From: Acutalibacteraceae bacterium
Lineage (GTDB): Bacteria; Bacillota; Clostridia; Oscillospirales; Acutalibacteraceae
DNA: 64,000 bases
Direction: 5' to 3'
Assembly (NCBI GenBank): GCA_045592345.1
Contig: JAZNUN010000083.1
Location: 7,987-71,986 of the forward strand
The position numbers and the translations under genes are program-made. A model generated the notes under the pieces. The model searched no databases. It saw nothing but the letters and a program-made list of their open reading frames with translations, and was not told the DNA's origin. The stretch's first letter is position 1. The number at the start of each line of letters is the position of its first letter. Of the stretch, positions 27,094 to 36,119 are shown in pieces.

Positions 27094-27209
27094 ATATTCT
27101 GCCTGTGAATGGCATTCGGTTTCTCGGATCGCGGAGGACGCCCCATTGGGGAGACACCCTTTCCCGACACTGAGATTCACGGAAATATTTTAGAAGAGGT
27201 GTATGTATT

Positions 27210-27476
27210 ATGATGTTACCCGAAGAGAAAACTGCTATTATGCAGCAGTACGCTACCCACGAGGGCGATACCGGTTCCCCTGAGGTTCAGATTGCTGTCC
27301 TGACCAAGCGTATCAACGACCTGACCCAGCACCTGAAGGACCATCCGAAGGATCACCACAGCCGCCGCGGTCTGCTGAAGATGGTTGGTCATCGCCGTAA
27401 CCTGCTGAACTACCTGACCAAGAAGGACATCAACCGCTATCGTGCTATCATCGAGAAGCTGGGTCTGCGTAAATAA
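27210..27476 (+). CDS. rpsO: 30S ribosomal protein S15
   Basis: [53 protein letters not shown] is the S15 signature region. Confidence 0.97.
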   Translation: MMLPEEKTAIMQQYATHEGDTGSPEVQIAVLTKRINDLTQHLKDHPKDHHSRRGLLKMVGHRRNLLNYLTKKDINRYRAIIEKLGLRK

Positions 27477-27556
27477 TTTTGCTCACTTGAGGCAGGCGGG
27501 GTTTTACCCCTCCTGCCTCGTGTTGCGAAATTAACACCCTTTATTCCCGCACCACA

Positions 27557-27648
27557 ACGGAGAGAACGGCCTTTTTTAGCAGCGAAATGAGTCCCGAAAA
27601 GGCGTTTTCGAGACTGATTTCATTGCTAAAACCGGTTACCTCTCCGTT
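27557..27648 (+). promoter_or_regulatory. Long imperfect stem-loop in the pnp 5' leader (candidate RNase III/autoregulatory hairpin)
   Basis: AACGGAGAG (27557-65) pairs with CTCTCCGTT (27640-48). TAGCAGCGAAATGAGTC pairs with GACTGATTTCATTGCTA. The apical hairpin is CGAAAA-GGC-GTTTTCG. Confidence 0.55.
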
Positions 27649-27682
27649 TGGAATATGCTAAAAATTTTAGGAGGTAAACACT

Positions 27683-29875
27683 ATGTTCGAGACTTTCCGT
27701 AAGTTTGAAACCACCCTGGCCGGCCGTCCCCTGGTCATCGAGACCGGCAAGATGGCTCAGTTGGCCAGCGGTTCCTGCCTGGTGCGCTATGGCGAGACCG
27801 TCATCCTGTGCACCGTCACCGCTTCCGCCAAGCCCCGTGAGGGCGTGGATTTCTTCCCCATGTCCGTGGACTACGAGGAGAAGATGTACTCCGTGGGTAA
27901 GATTCCCGGCTCCTTCCAGCGCCGCGAGTCCCGCCCCAGCGAGAAGGCTATCCTGACCTCTCGTGTGATCGACCGTCCCATCCGCCCCTTGTTCCCCAAG
28001 GATATGCGTAATGATGTGACTTTGGTCTGCACCGTGATGAGCGTCGACCCCGATTGCCAGCCCGAGACCACCGCTATGATCGGTGCCTCCACCGCCATCG
28101 CCATCTCCGACATTCCGTGGGACGGCCCCATCTCCGGCGTTGTGGTGGGTATGGTTGACGGCCAGTTTGTCATCAACCCCACCGCCGAGGAGGAGAAGCG
28201 CTCCGAGATGCACGTCACTGTGGCCTCTACCGCCGATCTGGTGGCTATGATCGAGGCCGGCGCCAACGAGATCGACAACGATACCATGTTTGACGCCATT
28301 ATGAAGGGTCACGAGGCCAACCAGCAGGTTGTCGCCTTCATCAACGAGATCGTTAAGGAGATCGGCAAGCCCAAGTTCGACTTCGTGTCCAACGATCCCG
28401 ATCCCGCTATGTTCGAGGCTATCAAGGAGTTCGCCATTGACGATGTCAAGGCCGCTCTGGACACCGATGACAAGCGTATCCGTGACGAGCGTCTGCTGCC
28501 CGTGTACGATGCCGTACACGCCAAGTTTGACGAGCAGTACCCCGAGCAGATCGAGAAGATCGACGAGTGCCTGTACAAGCTACAGAAGTTCGTGGTTCGT
28601 CGCTGGCTGCTGGACGAGGGCAAGCGCGTAGACGGCCGCGGCATCAACGATATGCGTCCTCTGGATGCTCAGGTTGATCTGCTGCCCCGTACCCACGGTA
28701 GCGGTATGTTCACCCGCGGCCAGACCCAGGTGCTGACCACCTGTACTCTGGGCGGTGCTAAGGACGCCCAGCTGCTGGACGGTCTGGATGACGAGCGTGA
28801 GAAGCGCTATATGCATCACTACAACTTCCCCTCCTACTCCGTAGGCGAGACCAAGCCCTCCCGTGGCCCCGGCCGTCGTGAGATCGGTCACGGCGCTCTG
28901 GCCGAGCGTGCTTTGGTGCCCGTTCTGCCTTCTATCGAGGAGTTCCCCTATACCATCCGTCTGGTGTCTGAGGTGCTGTCCTCCAACGGCTCCACCTCCC
29001 AGGCTTCCATCTGCGGCTCTACTCTGGCCTTGATGGCCGCCGGTGTGCCCATCAAGGCTCCCGTTGCCGGTATTTCCTGCGGTCTGTTCACCGAGGGCGA
29101 TCGCTTTATGACCATGGTTGATATCCAGGGTCTGGAGGACTTCTTTGGCGATATGGACTTTAAGGTGGGCGGTACTAAGAAGGGTATCACCGCCATTCAG
29201 ATGGATCTGAAGGTGCACGGTCTGACTCCCGCCATCATCCGCGAGGCTCTGGACAAGACCTACACCGCTCGTTGCCACATTCTGGACGAGGTGATGCTCA
29301 AGGCCATCCCCGAGGTGCGTCCCGAGCTGTCCAAGTACGCTCCCAAGATGCTGTCCACCAAGATCGACACCGACAAGATCGGCGGCGTGATCGGTAAGGG
29401 CGGCAAGGTGATCCAGCAGATCCAGGCTGACTGCAACTGCGTGGTCAACGTGGAGGAGGACGGCACCGTGACCATCCTGTCCACCGATCTGGCCGACGCC
29501 AACCGCGCTCTGCAGATCATCGAGACCATCGCTAAGGATCCCGAGATCGGCGCTATCTACAAGGGTAAGGTTACCCGTCTGATGACCTTCGGTGCTTTCG
29601 TGGAGATCGCCCCCGGTAAGGAGGGCCTGGTCCACGTGTCCAAGTTGGATCTGAACCGCGTTGAGCGGGTGGAGGATGCCGTGGCTGTGGGCGACACCAT
29701 CGCCGTTATGGTCACCGAGATCGACGAGCAGGGCCGTATCAACCTGTCCCGCAAGGACGCCATCATTAAGATGGAGGGTCTGAACCCCGATGATTATGCC
29801 TCTGCTCCCGCTCCCCGCCGCGAGGGTGGCCCCCGCCGTGACGGCGGCCGCGGTCCCCGCAGAGATCGTCGCTGA
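27683..29875 (+). CDS. pnp: Polyribonucleotide nucleotidyltransferase (PNPase)
   Basis: 730 aa with two RNase PH-like halves, a KH segment (IGGVIGKGGKVIQQI) and an S1 segment (YKGKVTRLMTFGAFVEIAPGKEGLVHVS). SD AGGAGG upstream. Confidence 0.97.
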   Translation: MFETFRKFETTLAGRPLVIETGKMAQLASGSCLVRYGETVILCTVTASAKPREGVDFFPMSVDYEEKMYSVGKIPGSFQRRESRPSEKAILTSRVIDRPIRPLFPKDMRNDVTLVCTVMSVDPDCQPETTAMIGASTAIAISDIPWDGPISGVVVGMVDGQFVINPTAEEEKRSEMHVTVASTADLVAMIEAGANEIDNDTMFDAIMKGHEANQQVVAFINEIVKEIGKPKFDFVSNDPDPAMFEAIKEFAIDDVKAALDTDDKRIRDERLLPVYDAVHAKFDEQYPEQIEKIDECLYKLQKFVVRRWLLDEGKRVDGRGINDMRPLDAQVDLLPRTHGSGMFTRGQTQVLTTCTLGGAKDAQLLDGLDDEREKRYMHHYNFPSYSVGETKPSRGPGRREIGHGALAERALVPVLPSIEEFPYTIRLVSEVLSSNGSTSQASICGSTLALMAAGVPIKAPVAGISCGLFTEGDRFMTMVDIQGLEDFFGDMDFKVGGTKKGITAIQMDLKVHGLTPAIIREALDKTYTARCHILDEVMLKAIPEVRPELSKYAPKMLSTKIDTDKIGGVIGKGGKVIQQIQADCNCVVNVEEDGTVTILSTDLADANRALQIIETIAKDPEIGAIYKGKVTRLMTFGAFVEIAPGKEGLVHVSKLDLNRVERVEDAVAVGDTIAVMVTEIDEQGRINLSRKDAIIKMEGLNPDDYASAPAPRREGGPRRDGGRGPRRDRR

Positions 29876-29895
29876 TCGGTAGTATAAATCTAATC

Positions 29896-29930
29896 AAAAA
29901 AGCCGCTATCCTACGGGATAGCGGCTTTTG
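29896..29930 (+). terminator. Rho-independent terminator of pnp
   Basis: AAAAAGCCGCTATCCTACGGGATAGCGGCTTTTG. Confidence 0.9.
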
Positions 29931-30013
29931 CCTTTCCCGATTTTGGGGGTTGGCAAACGGCAAAAAGTATGATATGATATAAGAGTAAACTTATGTAATA
30001 GGAGGATATCTGT

Positions 30014-30826
30014 ATGAATCAATACGATCCTACCATTGATAATACCGAAGAAGTGGCCGCCGTGGTCACCGAGGAGGAGACCCCCGCGGTGACCGAAAAG
30101 CCTACCCCCGCGGCATCCCCCCGTCCTGTCACCCGCCGCTATAATAAGAGAGGCCGCCGCGTTGGCAAATATGCCTACGCCGCCCCGCTGGGTATGCTCA
30201 TTTCCTTGCTTAGCATTATCGGCGTGGTCGCCATCGTGGTGTCCGGCATCGGCGCGGTGCGTAATGCCACCGACACCACCCAACTGGGCGAGGACGTGTA
30301 CTACTTCCTGGAGCCGCTGCTGATGTATTCTCCCGCCCCCTTCGAGGGAGTGGCTGAGGAGCAGGACGCTTTTCTGAATGCCGCCGCCTATCGGGTTATG
30401 CAGGCAGAGCAGATCCGTATGCTTAAGGAGAAGGACGAGACCTGTGCTTATCCCGTGGATGACAGTGGGCGTATCGCCGTGCCGGTGGAGGAGGTTGTCA
30501 CCGCCTATCAGATTATGTTCGGCGCCGACGCCATGCCTACCCACCGCTCCATCGAGGAGAGTAGCCTGACCTACAGTGAGGCGGACGCTTGCTACTACGT
30601 CCCCTTCGAGACGCTGAATAATGTGTCCCGTCCCGTGATCGACTACGTCAAGCGGAGTATGTCCTCCTGCGAGATCCGTATCGGCTTCGTCCCGCTGAAT
30701 GACATCGGCTTGGACGACCGTGGTAACGAGGTGGAGCCCACCCCCGAGATGGCCACCCATTTCCAGACCTATACGCTGAAGATGCAGAACGGTGTGTATT
30801 ACATTTATTCCTGCCGTAACGAGTAA
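30014..30826 (+). CDS. Single-pass membrane protein of unknown function
   Basis: 270 aa: acidic/Pro-rich N-terminus, a basic patch, one TM helix (LGMLISLLSIIGVVAIVVSGIG), then an extracytoplasmic domain. Confidence 0.75.
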   Translation: MNQYDPTIDNTEEVAAVVTEEETPAVTEKPTPAASPRPVTRRYNKRGRRVGKYAYAAPLGMLISLLSIIGVVAIVVSGIGAVRNATDTTQLGEDVYYFLEPLLMYSPAPFEGVAEEQDAFLNAAAYRVMQAEQIRMLKEKDETCAYPVDDSGRIAVPVEEVVTAYQIMFGADAMPTHRSIEESSLTYSEADACYYVPFETLNNVSRPVIDYVKRSMSSCEIRIGFVPLNDIGLDDRGNEVEPTPEMATHFQTYTLKMQNGVYYIYSCRNE

Positions 30827-30839
30827 TTTTGCCCCCGGG

Positions 30840-30869
30840 AGCCGAGGTACACACCTCGGCTCTTTTTCT
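30840..30869 (+). terminator. Rho-independent terminator
   Basis: GAGCCGAGGT-ACAC-ACCTCGGCTC followed by TTTTTC. Confidence 0.85.
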
Positions 30870-30879
30870 GTAGAATGGT

Positions 30880-30908
30880 TGACACGGAACTGCGTTTTTG
30901 GTATACTT
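30880..30908 (+). promoter_or_regulatory. SigA-type promoter
   Basis: TTGACA (30880-85), a 17-nt spacer, then TGgTATACT (30900-08). Confidence 0.7.
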
Positions 30909-30951
30909 ATCGTGACATTTTAGCACTCTAGACGATTAGGAGGAAATAAAT

Positions 30952-32448
30952 ATGAAAAAGATTTGGGCATTGATACTGGCGGTTTTGTTGCTGGTATCCG
31001 TTCTGTGCTTGGGCGCATTCTCTGCCAGCGCCGCCGTTACAGGCACCTTTGTGGATGAGATCGTAGCAGAGTTTGCCGTTCCCGAGATCGTGGATTATTC
31101 CAGCTACGGCTCTACTGAGCTGGGCACCCCCGGCCATCGCGTAGCTTATGAGTACAATGCCGAACTGGGCGCTACGTTGTTGCTCAAGCAGGATAATGAC
31201 CGCGATCCCTCCCACACCGAGTACGTTACCTACAAGATGGCCAAGAACATCGCCGGCTTTGAGTTTTCCGTGATGTGCTGTGCCGGTCTGGGCGACCCGC
31301 TGGAGGACATCACTGTCTTCATTTCCAAGACCGGCGTCGAGGGTAGCTGGGCTCAGGTACAGACTCAGGCTACCAAGTATGTTTTTGACGAGAATATTTA
31401 CCCCGGTTGGCATCAGGCTTATTGGTTCAATTCCACCTTGATGAACGCCCAGAAGATTCCCACCGGCTATAAGTATCTGAAGATCCAGTTCAACCCCTGC
31501 AACGACCAGGGCGACTGCACTTGGAACGTGGCTATCGACACCGTGACCATCTATATGGGCTCCAACGTGGCGGTTCCCACCATTGCCGAGGAGGATAAGT
31601 TCCTCACTTGGGAGGAGATCAATGAGCAGGAGAACAACTCCACCACTCAGCCTACCACTCCTCCCACTGACCCCACTGACCCCACCCAGCCCTCTGTTCC
31701 CGGCGACTACATCCCCGGCGATGTGAACAACGACGGCAAGGTCAACGTGAAGGACCTGGGTCTGCTCCAGCAGCACCTGAACGGCTGGGAGGTCGAGATC
31801 ACCCAGGCCGCCGCGGATGTCAACGGCGACGATAAGATCAATGTGAAGGATCTGGGTCTGCTTCAGCAGCATCTCAACGGCTGGGATGTAGAGCTGGAGC
31901 CCGGCGGCCCCTCTTTCGGCGGCTCTACTGAGCCTACTGAGCCCGAGGAGCCTACCACTCCTTCCACCGAGCCCACCACGGTTCCCACCACTGAGCCCAC
32001 CACGGTTCCCACCACTGAGCCTACCACGGTTCCTACCACCGAGCCCACCACGGTTCCCACCACTGAGCCTACCACGGTTCCTACCACTGAGCCTACCACT
32101 CCCGCTGAGCCGGAGGTGGATATGCCCGGTGCCGGCTACGATATCGACGGCAGAAACCGTATTGTGGTGTATTCCTCTGATGCTTTCTATGAGAACGCCA
32201 CCGTCAAGGTCGACTTTACCTTCAAGAACATCAGTAAAGATAACGGCAAAGAGTGGGTGATCCCCGAGTATAGCCAGATCACCTATGCGTGCTATGATGA
32301 GGACGGCACTCAGCTGGGCACCGGCACCATGGTTTTGGGTGCGTTGGAATACAGAGACACCGTCACCTGCACCATCACCCTGCCCGAGGGCACTGCCCGC
32401 ATCGCCTTCACCGGTCACAACCTGGAGTACTGGACCCCCTGGATGTAA
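30952..32448 (+). CDS. Secreted dockerin protein: signal peptide, head module paralogous to 12727-13887, dockerin (two Ca-binding segments), TEPTTVPT linker, C-terminal unknown domain
   Basis: Dockerin at 31717-31896 (GDVNNDGKVNVKDLGLLQQHLNGW...DVNGDDKINVKDLGLLQQHLNGW). The head module aligns along its length with the 12727 gene product (e.g. LLLKQDNDRDPSHTEYVTYKM, GYKYLKIQFNPCN). Confidence 0.9.
   Translation: MKKIWALILAVLLLVSVLCLGAFSASAAVTGTFVDEIVAEFAVPEIVDYSSYGSTELGTPGHRVAYEYNAELGATLLLKQDNDRDPSHTEYVTYKMAKNIAGFEFSVMCCAGLGDPLEDITVFISKTGVEGSWAQVQTQATKYVFDENIYPGWHQAYWFNSTLMNAQKIPTGYKYLKIQFNPCNDQGDCTWNVAIDTVTIYMGSNVAVPTIAEEDKFLTWEEINEQENNSTTQPTTPPTDPTDPTQPSVPGDYIPGDVNNDGKVNVKDLGLLQQHLNGWEVEITQAAADVNGDDKINVKDLGLLQQHLNGWDVELEPGGPSFGGSTEPTEPEEPTTPSTEPTTVPTTEPTTVPTTEPTTVPTTEPTTVPTTEPTTVPTTEPTTPAEPEVDMPGAGYDIDGRNRIVVYSSDAFYENATVKVDFTFKNISKDNGKEWVIPEYSQITYACYDEDGTQLGTGTMVLGALEYRDTVTCTITLPEGTARIAFTGHNLEYWTPWM
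31966..32100 (+). repeat. In-frame 24-bp tandem repeat, about 5.5 copies (TEPTTVPT linker)
   Basis: AC(C/T)GAGCC(C/T)ACCACGGTTCC(C/T)ACC repeats with a 24-nt period. Confidence 0.95.
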
Positions 32449-32456
32449 CGATTGAT

Positions 32457-32495
32457 AAATACCCAAGTGTTCGTTAGAGCACTTGGGTATTTTTG
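32457..32495 (+). terminator. Rho-independent terminator
   Basis: AATACCCAAGTG...CACTTGGGTATTTTTGG. Confidence 0.85.
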
Positions 32496-32504
32496 GTGGT
32501 TTTC

Positions 32505-32533
32505 TTGACTTTGGTTGGCGGGTGTGCTATATT
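32505..32533 (+). promoter_or_regulatory. SigA-type promoter
   Basis: TTGACT (32505-10), a 17-nt spacer, then TGcTATATT (32525-33). Confidence 0.65.
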
Positions 32534-32567
32534 TTAGTCAGTATATGCTCTGCGAGGAGGAATTCAG

Positions 32568-34595
32568 ATGAAAAAACTGTTACCTTTATTGCTGTCTGCG
32601 GTGCTGCTGGTATCTATGCTGTGCGTTGGCACGGTGGGTATGACGCTTCGTGCCGACGCGGCCTCTGTGGTATCCACCGGACGCGGCGGTGACGCCCCCG
32701 CTGTTGTTGCGGACAGTGTATCCGCTCCGGCGGGTCAGACGGTGCAGGTGGCTCTGCGGGTGCAGAACAACCCCGGCATCGTGGCCCTGCGCGCCACCTT
32801 GGCATACGATAGCTCCGTGCTGACTTTGATGAATATCGAGGGCGTGGACTTTGCCGATGCGGCTTTCAGCCCCTTGGAGAGTAATCCCATTATCGTCAAT
32901 TGGGTGGATTCCATTAATCCTAATGTTACCGATGACGGCGTTTTGGCTCTGTTGACCTTTGCGGTGGCAGAGGACGCCCGCGCGGGGTCCTACCCCTTGA
33001 CCGTCAGCATTCCCGATCCCGACGATGTGTTCAACTACGCTATGGACACCGTGTCTATGGATGCTGTCAGCGGCGGTGTATCGGTGGTGACCTACACCCC
33101 CGGCGACGTCAACGGAGACAAAAAGGTGAATATCAAGGATCTTGGTCTGCTCCAACAGCATCTGAACGGATGGGATGTGCAGGTCATTGAGGCCGCCGCT
33201 GACGTCAACGGCGATAATAAGATTAACATTAAGGACTTAGGTCTGTTACAGCAGTACCTCAACGGCTGGGACGTAGAGCTGAAGCACGGCGGCGCGGATA
33301 TGAATACCGGTATCGACGACGCCTACGAAGTGCCGGAGGGCGGCTTCAATATGAATGAGCCGGTGGAGATTACCTTTGCTCATACGATGGGAAGAAACCT
33401 GCAAGACATATTGAATAAGCACATTGCTGAGTTCAATAAAATTTATCCTAATATCACCGTTAAGCATTCCATGTATGGCGGATGGTACGATTTGCCGGAG
33501 GAAATCAGCCATGAGATCACCGATGGCAATCCGCCCAATCTGGCCTATTGCCACCCTGAGCATGTGGCAGATTACAACGCCGCCGATGTCACGGTGGTGC
33601 TGGATAACCTGGTCGCCCACAATACGCTGGGACTGACCGAGGAGCAACAAAACGATTTTGTGGACAGCTTGTATGCCTCCGGCAAGGTCTACGGCGACGA
33701 CCGTATGTACAGCCTGCCCCTTAGCCGGTCTACTGAGGTGCTGTACTACAACAAAACCTTTTTTGATGAACACAATCTGACCGTACCTACCACGTGGGCA
33801 GAAATGTGGGAGGTATGTGCCCAAATCAAAGCCATTGATAAAAACTGCACTCCTTTGGGCGCTGACTCCGAAAGCAACTGGTTCATCACCCTGTGTGAAC
33901 AGATGGGGAGCGGTTATATTTCTGTGGAAAACGGCGGGGAGTATCTGTTCAATAACGACCAAAACAAAGCCGCTATGAAGGAATTGCGCGAATATTACAA
34001 AAAAGGGTATTTCACGACTCAACAATTGTATGGCGGCTATACATCCGGGCTGTTCACCGAACAGGGATGTTATATGAGCATCGGTTCCACCGGAGGCGCT
34101 TTATATAATAGTTTTTGGGATGATAAAACCGAGGTAGGCATAGCTCCCATCCCCCAGTATAATGCGGACCAGCCCAAAACTATCTCTCAAGGTCCCAATC
34201 TGTGCATCTTGCGGGGCGAAAACACCACCGATCAGCAGGTGCTGGCCTCCTGGCTGTTTATGAAATTCCTGTGCACCAACGCAGATTTTCAAGCAGAATT
34301 TAGTATGATGGTAGGCTATATGCCGGCAATTCATTCGGCGTTGGAACATCCCTCTTTTGTTGAATGGCTGAATACCGCTGACGGTTATAATAACTTGTCC
34401 GCTTATGCGACACAGGTGAGCATATACAATTTGGATAGTTATTATACCTCGCCCGCTTTTGTCGGCTCCTCGGTTGCCAGAGACGAAGTGGGGGATTTGC
34501 TGGTAAGGTGTCTTGCTTACGGTGAAACGGATGACATGATAGACCAACTGTTTGAAGAAGCCATCGCCACCTGCGAGGCGGCACGGAAAAACTAA
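32568..34595 (+). CDS. Cohesin + dockerin + family-1 extracellular solute-binding protein fusion
   Basis: Signal MKKLLPLLLSAVLLVSMLCVGTVGMTLRADA. Cohesin-like segment at ~32694-33090 (SAPAGQTVQVALRVQNNPGIVALRATLAYDSSVLTLMNIEG...DGVLALLTFAV). Dockerin at 33102-33281 (GDVNGDKKVNIKDLGLLQQHLNGW...DVNGDNKINIKDLGLLQQYLNGW). The remaining ~430 aa are SBP-like (ITFAHTMGRNLQDILNKHIAEFNKIYPNITV...). Confidence 0.85.
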   Translation: MKKLLPLLLSAVLLVSMLCVGTVGMTLRADAASVVSTGRGGDAPAVVADSVSAPAGQTVQVALRVQNNPGIVALRATLAYDSSVLTLMNIEGVDFADAAFSPLESNPIIVNWVDSINPNVTDDGVLALLTFAVAEDARAGSYPLTVSIPDPDDVFNYAMDTVSMDAVSGGVSVVTYTPGDVNGDKKVNIKDLGLLQQHLNGWDVQVIEAAADVNGDNKINIKDLGLLQQYLNGWDVELKHGGADMNTGIDDAYEVPEGGFNMNEPVEITFAHTMGRNLQDILNKHIAEFNKIYPNITVKHSMYGGWYDLPEEISHEITDGNPPNLAYCHPEHVADYNAADVTVVLDNLVAHNTLGLTEEQQNDFVDSLYASGKVYGDDRMYSLPLSRSTEVLYYNKTFFDEHNLTVPTTWAEMWEVCAQIKAIDKNCTPLGADSESNWFITLCEQMGSGYISVENGGEYLFNNDQNKAAMKELREYYKKGYFTTQQLYGGYTSGLFTEQGCYMSIGSTGGALYNSFWDDKTEVGIAPIPQYNADQPKTISQGPNLCILRGENTTDQQVLASWLFMKFLCTNADFQAEFSMMVGYMPAIHSALEHPSFVEWLNTADGYNNLSAYATQVSIYNLDSYYTSPAFVGSSVARDEVGDLLVRCLAYGETDDMIDQLFEEAIATCEAARKN

Positions 34596-34611
34596 AACTC
34601 TATAAAAGAAC

Positions 34612-34644
34612 AAAGAGCCTGTGGCATGCGCCACAGGCTCTTTT
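34612..34644. terminator. Bidirectional terminator between convergent genes
   Basis: AAA-GAGCCTGTGGC-ATGC-GCCACAGGCTC-TTTT. Confidence 0.85.
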
Positions 34645-34646
34645 GC

Positions 34647-35906
34647 TCATTCTTCCACAATATACGGTTCAACCTCCGCCAGCAGGCGGGCACCTAGGGT
34701 GACGGTCATCGCCAATCCCTCGGGCACGTATTCCTCATACTCCACCTGTCCGTCCTTGCGGCATTGCTCTGCCAGTGCTCCTTTGGAAAAGGGGAGTAGC
34801 AGCCGCACCTTTTTGCGGTCGGGGGGCAGAGCCTCTGCCACCGCCTCCAGCAGGGCGTCGATGCCCTCACCCGACAGGGCGCTGATGCGGATAAAGCGGG
34901 GATTATCCCCCAGTTCGGGGGCAAGGTCGCACTTGTTCATCACCTGCAGTACGGGGGTCTCGCCGCACCCCAGTTCCGCCAGCAGATCACCCGTCACCTG
35001 CAGATGCTCCGCTGCGTGGGGGCTGGATGCGTCGCAGATGTTGAGTATCACGTCTGCCTCCACCGCCTCCTCCAGCGTGGAGTGGAAGGCTCTGACTAAC
35101 TGGTGGGGGAGCCGCCGCACGAAGCCGACAGTGTCCACCAGCATCACCTCTCTGCCGTCCGGCAGACGCAGGGCGCGGGCAGTGGGGTCCAGGGTGGCAA
35201 ACAGCTTATCCTCCGCCAGCACCCCGGCGTCGGTAAGATGATTCAGCAGGGTGGATTTGCCCGCGTTGGTGTAACCCACCAACGCCACGGTAGGTATGCC
35301 GTCCTTGCGACGGCGGTCACGGCGGAGTTTTCGTTGGCTCTCCACCTTTTCCAATGATTCACGGATGGCGCTCAGACGGCGGCGGATGTGCCGCTTGTCG
35401 CTCTCTAATTTAGTTTCGCCGGGTCCGCGGGTGCCGATGCCGCCGCCCTGACGGGACAGTGCCGCGCCCTGACCGGTTAGGCGGGGGAGCATATACTGCA
35501 GCTGGGCCAGTTCCACCTGCAGACGGCCCTCGGCGGATCGCGCCCGTCCCGCGAAAATATCTAATATCAGCATAGTTCTATCAATTAGACGGCAGGGGAA
35601 AATATCCTCTAAATTCCGCAACTGGGTGGGGGAGAGTTCCCGATCCATCACCACCAGATCAATGTCCTCCGCCTCGCATTGCAGAGCAATTTCCTCCGCA
35701 CGCCCGCTGCCCAGACAGGTGGCCTTGTCGGGGGATTCTTTCTTTTGGGTGGCGGTGCCCACTACCTCGCCGCCGGCGGTGGCTACCAGCTCCGCCAACT
35801 CCTGCAGGGATACGTCGCAGTCAAATTCGCCGGTGTCTACCGACACCAGCAGTACCCGCTCCGGCACGTCTTGCTGTATTTCGTGCAGTTCCATGGGTGT
35901 TGGCAC
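34647..35906 (-). CDS. hflX: GTPase HflX
   Basis: G motifs are present (GYTNAGKSTLLN, DTVGF, NKCD), preceded by an HflX-type N-terminal domain (GPGETKLESDKRHIRRR). Confidence 0.95.
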   Translation of the reverse strand: MPTPMELHEIQQDVPERVLLVSVDTGEFDCDVSLQELAELVATAGGEVVGTATQKKESPDKATCLGSGRAEEIALQCEAEDIDLVVMDRELSPTQLRNLEDIFPCRLIDRTMLILDIFAGRARSAEGRLQVELAQLQYMLPRLTGQGAALSRQGGGIGTRGPGETKLESDKRHIRRRLSAIRESLEKVESQRKLRRDRRRKDGIPTVALVGYTNAGKSTLLNHLTDAGVLAEDKLFATLDPTARALRLPDGREVMLVDTVGFVRRLPHQLVRAFHSTLEEAVEADVILNICDASSPHAAEHLQVTGDLLAELGCGETPVLQVMNKCDLAPELGDNPRFIRISALSGEGIDALLEAVAEALPPDRKKVRLLLPFSKGALAEQCRKDGQVEYEEYVPEGLAMTVTLGARLLAEVEPYIVEE

Positions 35907-36119
35907 CTCCTTTGTTGTATTTTCCTTAGTCTATCACATTTTTCGGCATTCAGCAAGAGAAATTACGGCAGTTGTGCAACCTTTCCAGTATTGGGGAAAT
36001 TTTTCTATTAAAAATTTGTCACGAAAATGGTGGTACGGTGTAGCATTATGCAAAAATGTGTGTTATAATGAACCAAAAGCGGCGTGAAGTCGTAAAATAC
36101 GGGAGAGGGGATAGCAAAA

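Noticed and set aside
28580-29635. 351-aa minus-strand ORF, and 27626-28519, opposite pnp
   Set aside because: They are antisense to PNPase.
31966-32100. Regular 24-bp repeats (and 12893-13143) considered as a possible CRISPR array
   Set aside because: The units are contiguous with no spacers, lie in frame inside long ORFs, and encode Pro/Thr or Gly/Asn/Thr linkers. No cas genes are present.
30928-32466. 512-aa minus-strand ORF, and the 78-aa MVGSVVGTVVGS repeat ORF at 31863-32099
   Set aside because: They are antisense to the dockerin protein. The repeat peptide is simply the reverse translation of the TEPTTVPT linker.
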